From the NCBI GenBank assembly GCA_043753995.1, contig JAYUVP010000160.1, forward strand, positions 1 to 11,748: a stretch of DNA of 11,748 nt, in the 5' to 3' direction. Shown one piece after another: positions 1 through 6,151 of this stretch. The notes beneath the pieces were generated by a model that worked only from the letters and a program-made list of their open reading frames with translations, made no database searches and was not told where the DNA came from. The position numbers were made by a program, and so were the translations under genes. This stretch comes from Fibrobacterota bacterium. GTDB taxonomy: Bacteria; Fibrobacterota; Fibrobacteria; UBA11236. Numbering within the stretch: the first letter of the stretch is position 1; the number at the start of each line of letters is the position of its first letter.

Positions 1-600
1 CTCAAGTTCGGGCTAGAGGACAATAATGACAATAAGGCCTTGGGAGGCCGTCTGGAGCTGATCCGGTCGGGCCAGTCGACATGGGAGATGGGCCTTTCAG
101 GAATATTTGGAGAAGCGGGTCCCGATGAACTCCAGGCCATGGCCATATTAGGAGCCCTCGACTTTTCCTATCAAAGACCCTCGCCGATTTTACGCGGAGT
201 CGTCGATTTAAAATCCCAGGGGAATTGGGTGCAAGTCAATCGCAAGGATTACGGGGCCGGGACCCGCTTCCACAATCAGAGCTGGAATTATGTCGCCCAG
301 CTCGCCTATCGCCCTTCCATGGTAAACCAACAATGGATACGGAACCTGGAGGCGGTCGGACGCTTCGCCCAATTGCAATATCCCCATGATGCGCCTTGGA
401 CGAAGGAGGGAACCGAGTGGGCTGTCGGGATGAATTATTGGTTGAGTTGGAATGCCCTCGTCAAGGTGGCCTGGATTGGCGGCGGAGCGGAAGGCGGAGC
501 CGCGGGCGGCCACGCAGGCCATGGCGCCGTGGCTGTAGCTGATGTTGAAGCCGGTCATGCGGATGGAAAACTTGCGATACAATTGGCGGTTGGACTATGA
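1..600 (+). CDS. Outer-membrane beta-barrel/porin-like protein, 5'-truncated by the window edge (C-terminal ~199 aa)
   Basis: Frame 1 is open from base 1 (LKFGLEDNNDNKALGGRLEL...), so the TTG at 40 is not the true start. It has a DNNxNKAxGGR-type motif seen in porin-like barrels, amphipathic beta-strands (WNYVAQLAYRP, LEAVGRF, WAVGMNYWL, ALVKVAW) and a terminal strand LAIQLAVGL. Stop TGA at 598-600. Confidence 0.7.
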   Translation, partial: LKFGLEDNNDNKALGGRLELIRSGQSTWEMGLSGIFGEAGPDELQAMAILGALDFSYQRPSPILRGVVDLKSQGNWVQVNRKDYGAGTRFHNQSWNYVAQLAYRPSMVNQQWIRNLEAVGRFAQLQYPHDAPWTKEGTEWAVGMNYWLSWNALVKVAWIGGGAEGGAAGGHAGHGAVAVADVEAGHADGKLAIQLAVGL

Positions 601-611
601 GGAGACAATCG

Positions 612-887
612 ATGAAATCGAAATGCATGATGGGATGGCTTAGCACTTCTTTCTTGGGCTTAGCTTTGGTTTCAGGCTTTGCCCAAGCAGAAGAGCCTGC
701 ACCGATGGATATTGCTCTCGGTGTTCAAGTTTGGGGCCAGACCTGCGCGCGCTGCCACAATGCCCCCCCACCCAATGCCTTCCGGGACGAGGACTGGAAA
801 ATCATCGGCCATCATATGAAGCTGAGAGCCAATTTGACCGATCCGGAAATTAAGGCTGTTTTGGCTTTCTTACAAAGCGCGAACTGA
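612..887 (+). CDS. Small periplasmic monoheme c-type cytochrome
   Basis: Signal peptide ending AQA|EE and a single CxxCH (CARCH, 744-758), followed by WKIIGHHMKLRANL containing a candidate distal Met/His ligand. GAGGAG at 599-604 lies 7 nt before ATG 612. The in-frame ATG at 597 (ATGA overlap with the upstream stop) is an alternative start. Confidence 0.85.
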   Translation: MKSKCMMGWLSTSFLGLALVSGFAQAEEPAPMDIALGVQVWGQTCARCHNAPPPNAFRDEDWKIIGHHMKLRANLTDPEIKAVLAFLQSAN

Positions 888-923
888 ACTCCCGGCGAAA
901 TCCCAATAGCCTGCAATTTCCGT

Positions 924-2357
924 TTATGGCTTTTGCAGGCGTCTTTTATCCATTCGATACAGCAAGGTATTACGAGTAATATTTAAGTAACGGGCCGTGC
1001 GACTCTGATTCCATTGATGCTTTTCCAGGGCCTTCAGGACTAGGCCATCCACCCATGCTTCCAAGTCCAGTCCTTTCTCCGGCAATTCGGGCAAGAGGCC
1101 AGGAGAGAAAGCGGGTGAGGTCGCGGGGGATTCAAGGACATCGCAATAGGGAGGCGACAAATCCTCCAGAGAAAGTTTCCCCGAGGTATTCAATGCCACC
1201 ATTCGTCGGGCAAGGTTTTCCAATTCTCTCACATTGCCCGGCCAGGTGAATTGCTCCAGGCATTTCAGGACTTCTGGATCGGTCACGAGGGGAGTGCGGC
1301 CTTCCTTGTCCGCTTCTAGTTTGAGGAATCGCATGAATAGCGGGGCAATGTCTTCTTTCCGGTCACGCAAGGGTGGTATCACAATCGGGACGACATGCAA
1401 TCGGTAGTATAGGTCCTCCCGGAATAGACCTTCCTCCACCCGCTTCTTCAAATCCCGGTGGGTGGCGCTGATAAGCTTGAAATCCACGGGCAAGGGTTGC
1501 CGAGAGCCGATGGGCTCGACCACCCTTTCCTGTATCACGCGTAGCAGTTTGGCCTGAAGAGATTGGGGCAAGTCCCCGATTTCGTCCAGGAATAAGGTGC
1601 CTCCTTCGGCGGCCTGGAATCTTCCGATGCGATCGGAGATGGCGCCGGTGAAGGCGCCCTTCACATGGCCGAACAATTCCGATTCGAGTAGCTCACTGGG
1701 AATGGCCGCGCAATTCACTGCAACGAAAGGCTTATCGCGTCTGGGGCTGGCCCGGTGTATGGCCCGCGCCAGCAATTCTTTGCCGGTGCCGGTTTCGCCC
1801 AGGAGAATAATGCTGGCCGAACTCGCTGCCACTTGCCGGGCTTGGGCATAGACTTTTTGCATGCCTGGGGAATGGCCGACCATATTGTCGAAGCCCAGGA
1901 AATTTTCCACCAGGTTGCGGAGCTGCAAATTTTCGCGCCGCAAGTCGAGGATGTCGGCGGCCTTCCTCACCACGCGTAGCAAATGCTCGCGATCCACCGG
2001 CTTCTGAATGAAATCATAGGCCCCGGATCGCATGGCCTTCACCGCATCCTCTACCGTGGGAAAGCCCGTGAGCATAATCACGAGAGTCTCCGGACTCTTT
2101 TCGCGGACATGAGCCAACACGTCATGCCCGGTCAGGCCCGGCATGCGCAAATCGGTTAGGAGAATATGCGGATGGAAAGCCTCGATGCGCTTCAAGGCGG
2201 CTTCGGGTCTATTCTCCTTTTCCACCTGATAGCCCTCGGCGGTCAGGTGATGTTCCAAGACGCGAAGTAAGGTGACATCGTCATCCACAATCAGGATGCG
2301 AATGGCCTCGACCTTGGTGGGGGCCTTGGTAGTGGCCGTAGCCTCCCGGTTACCCAT
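924..2357 (-). CDS. Sigma54-dependent response regulator (NtrC/ZraR family: receiver, AAA+ and Fis-type HTH)
   Basis: Receiver motifs [15 protein letters not shown] and FIQKP. Walker [24 protein letters not shown], Walker [26 protein letters not shown] and [26 protein letters not shown] 2357 overlaps the kinase stop and follows a GAGGG; GTG 2366 is an alternative start. Confidence 0.96.
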   Translation of the reverse strand: MGNREATATTKAPTKVEAIRILIVDDDVTLLRVLEHHLTAEGYQVEKENRPEAALKRIEAFHPHILLTDLRMPGLTGHDVLAHVREKSPETLVIMLTGFPTVEDAVKAMRSGAYDFIQKPVDREHLLRVVRKAADILDLRRENLQLRNLVENFLGFDNMVGHSPGMQKVYAQARQVAASSASIILLGETGTGKELLARAIHRASPRRDKPFVAVNCAAIPSELLESELFGHVKGAFTGAISDRIGRFQAAEGGTLFLDEIGDLPQSLQAKLLRVIQERVVEPIGSRQPLPVDFKLISATHRDLKKRVEEGLFREDLYYRLHVVPIVIPPLRDRKEDIAPLFMRFLKLEADKEGRTPLVTDPEVLKCLEQFTWPGNVRELENLARRMVALNTSGKLSLEDLSPPYCDVLESPATSPAFSPGLLPELPEKGLDLEAWVDGLVLKALEKHQWNQSRTARYLNITRNTLLYRMDKRRLQKP

Positions 2358-3399
2358 GCTGGCCACCCTCAGGAAGGCGCAATTCTAGGCAAGCGCCTTT
2401 TTCCCGGGGCAAGGCGCGTAGACTTCCTTTATGCTGCTCCGCAATTTGCCGGGAAATGGAAAGCCCCAAACCTGTCCCGCTTTCCTTTGAAGTGAAAAAA
2501 GGATCGAAGACCGCATCCAGCTTATCCTGCGCAATGCCCGGTCCCTCATCCTGAATCCACAGCACCTGTTCTCCATCCTCGTGCGCGGTCTCGACAAGCA
2601 GGGCGCCGCCTGAGGGCATGGCCTCCTTGGCGTTTAAGAACAGGTTGAGTAATGCCTGCTTGATCAACTCGGCATCGAGCGGAATTTCAGAAAGGTCGGT
2701 TGCGAGACGTTTCTCCACCGTCACTCCCGCGTCTTGGAGGGTCTTTGAAACCAAGGTCAAAGCGGCTTCCACGACCTCGTTCAGGCTTTGGGGAATATGC
2801 TCCGGCTCGCGGGGCCGAGCGAATGCCATGAACTCATTTAGGATGCGATTGACGCGGCGTAACTCGGTGTCTAGGATGAGACCAAACTCGGCATCCGGAT
2901 GTTCGGGGCCGAGTCCGCGCCGGACAATGTCGGCTGCGCCGAGCAGGGAGTTCAGAGGATTGCGAATTTCATGAGCCAATCCTGCTGCGAGCTTGCCCAT
3001 GAGGGCGAGGCGTTCCGCGCGGCGAAGGCCTTCCTGTTGGCGAAGGAGCTCGGCCTGTTGTTTCCTGCGTATATCGAAAAGCCATCCTGCCGTTGCCGCC
3101 ATCACGAAGAAGAGAATGATCTCCATGTACTGGGTAAAACTCTCGTGTTCCGACCAAGACCATTGGTAAAAGATATGGGGAGCATAGGCGAGCCCGCACA
3201 GTGCGGCATAACCCAGTCCCGCTATTAGCCCCATGTGATAGCAGGCCAGCAAGATGGGCAGGTAATAAAGTCTTTGGTAGACGGCGTGAAAGTGATGGAA
3301 GGCCACCGGGGTCAGATAATGAAGAGATGAGATGCCAACGATGAGGGCGATAATGACGAGATGCTTGAGCGATTTGTTTCCAGATCTCGACGGGCTCAT
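2350..3399 (-). CDS. Sensor histidine kinase (NtrB/ZraS-type transmitter) with a ~110 aa multi-TM N-terminal input region
   Basis: H-box LAHEIRNPL, N-box NLFLNA, G1 DEGPGI, F-box DPFFTSK, G2 GTGLGL. The N-terminus has about 4 hydrophobic segments with short loops. The gene overlaps both neighbours. Confidence 0.95.
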   Translation of the reverse strand: MSPSRSGNKSLKHLVIIALIVGISSLHYLTPVAFHHFHAVYQRLYYLPILLACYHMGLIAGLGYAALCGLAYAPHIFYQWSWSEHESFTQYMEIILFFVMAATAGWLFDIRRKQQAELLRQQEGLRRAERLALMGKLAAGLAHEIRNPLNSLLGAADIVRRGLGPEHPDAEFGLILDTELRRVNRILNEFMAFARPREPEHIPQSLNEVVEAALTLVSKTLQDAGVTVEKRLATDLSEIPLDAELIKQALLNLFLNAKEAMPSGGALLVETAHEDGEQVLWIQDEGPGIAQDKLDAVFDPFFTSKESGTGLGLSISRQIAEQHKGSLRALPREKGACLELRLPEGGQHG

Positions 3400-3845
3400 T
3401 CTTCACCTACATGATGGATATGGGTCAAGGTCGCACCCTGGTGGCCCGCAATCAGCACGGATCCTGCCGCAGCCAAGGATAGCGTCATGGCCAGAATGCC
3501 CAGGACAATTCGTTGCCTCCGTCCGGCAATTAGGGAATGCCAAGCAATAACCAGGGCCGCTGGAGCAGAAAGCCCCACGGTCCACTTGGCCCAGGTCTCA
3601 TGGACATCTAGGACTCCCTGAGCTATAAGCGTCATGCCCTCGGTATGCGGATGGAATACCTGCCCGGCGGCAAGACTGGAGGCCCAACCCGCTAGCATGC
3701 ATAATGCGGCCGCCCATTCCAGCGCCTTGGAGCGAGCAAGGAAGGCCGCGGCAAGCAGGCCTACGGCCATAGGAATCAAGACAACAGGAAAATGAACCAC
3801 CAAAGGATGCAAGGAGGGGAAGGCCCGCAACGATACTAGGATCAC
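3396..3845 (-). CDS. DUF2231-like four-TM membrane protein
   Basis: HPLVVHFPV near the N-terminus, an internal VHE and AGHQGATL near the C-terminus match the pattern I recognise for DUF2231. Four hydrophobic segments, GTG start, ATGA overlap with the kinase start. Confidence 0.8.
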   Translation of the reverse strand: MILVSLRAFPSLHPLVVHFPVVLIPMAVGLLAAAFLARSKALEWAAALCMLAGWASSLAAGQVFHPHTEGMTLIAQGVLDVHETWAKWTVGLSAPAALVIAWHSLIAGRRQRIVLGILAMTLSLAAAGSVLIAGHQGATLTHIHHVGEE

Positions 3846-3863
3846 ACGCAGCTCTTCACCGGT

Positions 3864-4535
3864 TCAGTGGTCGGTACCATGGCCATTCCCATGGCTGTCA
3901 TCCTGATGGGACGTCTTGGCTTCCGTCTTCGTTTCCGCCTTCGGATCAGACTTGCCCTGCTTGCCATCGGCATTACCTTCATGCAGGCGCTGGGTCAGGG
4001 ACCCGCAAGTCAGCATGTCAGATCCGAAATACGGGTTGGCGACTCCCTTTTCCGCCTGCAACCAATTCCCGCCTTTATTGCCATTGGCCATCGGGCAATG
4101 GAATGCCAGGACCGGCTTATCGCCTTGATATTTCACCTCGGAAACCAGCAAGGCCATGCGGTCGCTGAAGGGGGAAAAAGCTTTGCGAAAGGCGGCGATA
4201 TCCGCCGAACCATTCAAGGCATTGAAGTCGCCAAGGATATCCTTAGCTTTCACGCTGTGGCTCAAATCGGTTGGAAATTTCACGGGCTGTTTCAGGAAGG
4301 CCTGGCTTTCCTTCTGCGCGGCTTCCAGATTATCCCCGGCGAGGGCATGCTGAATTTCGAGATAGGTCGAGTACAAGGCATTCAGAGCCTTGGGGGTCAT
4401 TTCGCCATGAGCTTTGGCGCCATGGGCCGACACGGGCGCCGACATCCCTACCGTGAACAGCGCCGCCATCACCAAGGTTGTCCCAATTTTATTTCGCTTT
4501 TTATTTGGCTGTTTATTTCGCTTTTCAATTTGCAT
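3864..4535 (-). CDS. Secreted DUF3347-like (putative metal-binding) protein with His-rich termini
   Basis: Basic n-region, hydrophobic h-region and VSA|H cleavage site. Motifs TYLEIQHALAGD and FHCPMA...WLQ...NPYFGSDMLTCG; tail HQDDSHGNGHGTDH. Start set to ATG 4535 (AAGG/AGGGA upstream) because the longer ORF start at 4643 lies upstream of the sigma54 element. Confidence 0.85.
   Translation of the reverse strand: MQIEKRNKQPNKKRNKIGTTLVMAALFTVGMSAPVSAHGAKAHGEMTPKALNALYSTYLEIQHALAGDNLEAAQKESQAFLKQPVKFPTDLSHSVKAKDILGDFNALNGSADIAAFRKAFSPFSDRMALLVSEVKYQGDKPVLAFHCPMANGNKGGNWLQAEKGVANPYFGSDMLTCGSLTQRLHEGNADGKQGKSDPKAETKTEAKTSHQDDSHGNGHGTDH
4488..4523. repeat. Three imperfect 12-bp tandem units in the signal-peptide n-region
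   Basis: tttatttcgctt / tttatttggctg / tttatttcgctt, encoding KRNK-QPNK-KRNK on the minus strand. Confidence 0.75.
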
Positions 4536-4576
4536 GGCGTCCCTGACCTTTTCCGCTGGGTGAATGTGGAAAGGAA

Positions 4577-4592
4577 TGCAAAGAGCTTGCCA
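4577..4592 (-). promoter_or_regulatory. Sigma54 (RpoN) -24/-12 promoter of the leftward operon
   Basis: The minus strand reads TGGCAAGCTCTTTGCA against consensus TGGCACG-N4-TTGCW, with exact GG-N10-GC spacing. Predicted TSS about 4566, roughly 30 nt before ATG 4535. Confidence 0.85.
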
Positions 4593-4663
4593 CTTTTCCC
4601 GAATTGGATTTTCGACCGCACCAGCTATACTCCGGTAATCCAATACCTTTTTCTCCCAAGGAT

Positions 4664-4679
4664 TGCTGAATATTCAACA
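4664..4679. promoter_or_regulatory. Palindromic candidate upstream activator site 1
   Basis: TGCTGAATATTCAACA; 7 of 8 dyad pairs match. About 105 bp from both predicted TSSs. Confidence 0.7.
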
Positions 4680-4694
4680 GTATACCTGGGTGTT

Positions 4695-4710
4695 TGTTGA
4701 AATACCAACA
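4695..4710. promoter_or_regulatory. Palindromic candidate upstream activator site 2
   Basis: TGTTGAAATACCAACA (perfect TGTTG-N6-CAACA), 31 bp from site 1, with the same T/G flanking bases. Confidence 0.7.
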
Positions 4711-4749
4711 GATCTCCGTTAAAAGAGGCTAAATCCAAAGGGTTTTTAT

Positions 4750-4765
4750 GGGCACACCCTTTGCC
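4750..4765 (+). promoter_or_regulatory. Sigma54 (RpoN) -24/-12 promoter of the efflux operon
   Basis: GGGCACACCCTTTGCC: GGCAC...TTGC with exact GG-N10-GC spacing. Predicted TSS about 4776. Confidence 0.8.
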
Positions 4766-4792
4766 TTATGAGTCATGCATGGAGTCCTATCC

Positions 4793-6151
4793 GTGAAAAA
4801 GAACTACTGGATACACCCTCCCGGTGCCTTGGTCTTGGCCCTCGCCCTGGTGGCAGCCCAAGTCGATGCTATGGCCGGAGTCCTAGGCGAATCCAAAGCC
4901 GAAGTGCTGATGATCTTGGCCGCACCCCCGGTCGATTCTTTGGTGGCCGAAGCTCATGCCAAGAACCCTTCCCTGAAGGCCTCGCGCCATCGCCAGGCCG
5001 CCGCCTCCGCCGACACGCGTCGCGCCGGGGCCTATGCTCCTCCGGAAATCGCGGGCGAGACTGGCAAGCGCACGGTTTACAATGCCCATGGGCCCATGTC
5101 CATGACCGTGAATGGATTGGTATTGAGGCAAATGGTCATGTTTCCCGGCAAGGTCTCGGCCATGGAAAAAGCAGGACAGCATCAGGCCGCCGCTTATGGC
5201 TGGGACACGCAAACCGAAGCGGAGCGCTTGACCTTGGAGGTGCGCTCCCTCTATTACGAGCTCTACATGGACCAGCGCAAACGCGAGATCAATGCGGAGA
5301 ACCGCCGGGTGATGGAAAAATTCGTGAGCGTGACGCGCACTCAATACGAGGCGGGCATGGGCCGGATGGAAGACATTCTGAGAGCCCAAACCGAGCTCTC
5401 GCGCCTTCGCAGCGAAGATGTGATCCTGTCACGGAAAGTTCGAGGCATGGAAGCCATGCTGAATGCCGCCCTCGACCGCCCGCCGGGAACGCCCCTGGGG
5501 TCTATCCCTGATCCAGAAGAGGACAAGCTGAATTTGCCTCCCGTGAATAGCCTGGAGGCCCTGGCTCTGAGCCTTCGCCCCGAACTCAAGGGCATGGGCG
5601 AGGATGTGCAAATGAATCAGTGGGAGTTGAAAGCCGCGAGCCGGGAAAAATTTCCCGACCTGATGATGGAAGGCAAATGGATGAATATGGACGGACCCGA
5701 TGAATGGTCGGTGATGGTCGGAATCACTATTCCCCTGGCGCCTTGGTCCTCTGGAAGTTACCGGGGCGCGGGCGAAGCGGCCCGGAGAAAACTCGATGAG
5801 ACCCGGGAAAAAGAAAAAGCCATGAAGAATATGGTGCGCGCAGAAATACATCGTGCCGCAGCCGACGTAGAAGCGGCGCGCGAGCGCCTAGACTTGGCCC
5901 TGGGTGCCACGGCCCCCCAAGCGGAGCAGACCTTGCTTGCTACCGAGTCTGCTTATCGCGCGGGCAAAACCGAATTCCTGATGCTGCTCGATTCCTATCG
6001 CATGCTCTTCATGGCGCGGGAAGATCTGTATATGGCCCGGGCCGAGCTGGCCCGGGGTTGGGCCGAGTTGGAACGCTCCGTGGGTTTACCTCGGAAGCAG
6101 ATTCTCGCCAAGGCCGCATCGGGCAAATCGCCCGAAGGAGTTTCCAAATGA
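4793..6151 (+). CDS. TolC-family outer-membrane efflux protein (CusC/CzcC-like)
   Basis: OEP-repeat patterns (AHAKNPSLKA, QMVMFPGK, TQYEAGMG..EDILRAQTE, LSLRPEL, AYRAGKTEFLMLLDS, AELERSVG) and position directly upstream of the adaptor and RND genes. GTG 4793 has GGAG at 4781-4784; ATG 4775 coincides with the predicted TSS. Confidence 0.92.
   Translation: MKKNYWIHPPGALVLALALVAAQVDAMAGVLGESKAEVLMILAAPPVDSLVAEAHAKNPSLKASRHRQAAASADTRRAGAYAPPEIAGETGKRTVYNAHGPMSMTVNGLVLRQMVMFPGKVSAMEKAGQHQAAAYGWDTQTEAERLTLEVRSLYYELYMDQRKREINAENRRVMEKFVSVTRTQYEAGMGRMEDILRAQTELSRLRSEDVILSRKVRGMEAMLNAALDRPPGTPLGSIPDPEEDKLNLPPVNSLEALALSLRPELKGMGEDVQMNQWELKAASREKFPDLMMEGKWMNMDGPDEWSVMVGITIPLAPWSSGSYRGAGEAARRKLDETREKEKAMKNMVRAEIHRAAADVEAARERLDLALGATAPQAEQTLLATESAYRAGKTEFLMLLDSYRMLFMAREDLYMARAELARGWAELERSVGLPRKQILAKAASGKSPEGVSK

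Noticed and set aside
888..923. Terminator between the convergent cytochrome and regulator genes
   Set aside because: No convincing stem-loop with a U-tract.
3921..3944. Imperfect 12-bp duplication (ttccgtcttcgt/ttccgccttcgg)
   Set aside because: Explained by a low-complexity KAETKTEAKT linker; too short to be meaningful.
4536..4643. N-terminal extension of the DUF3347-like ORF to 4643
   Set aside because: It spans the sigma54 element and would bury the signal peptide; ATG 4535 fits better.
4666..4680. Possible LexA box (CTG...CAG)
   Set aside because: The spacing is N9 rather than N10 and CTGT is absent; the paired activator-site reading explains it better.
3867..4700. 277-aa plus-strand ORF
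   Set aside because: Antisense shadow of the DUF3347-like gene that runs through the promoter region; no recognisable motifs.
4768..5511. 247-aa plus-strand ORF in an alternative frame
   Set aside because: Overlaps the TolC-like gene; the Arg/Gly/Pro-rich composition is typical of off-frame GC-rich DNA.
6058..6147. N-terminal extension of cusB to 6058
   Set aside because: It would overlap the OMF gene by 94 nt; ATG 6148 has AAGGAG and an ATGA overlap.
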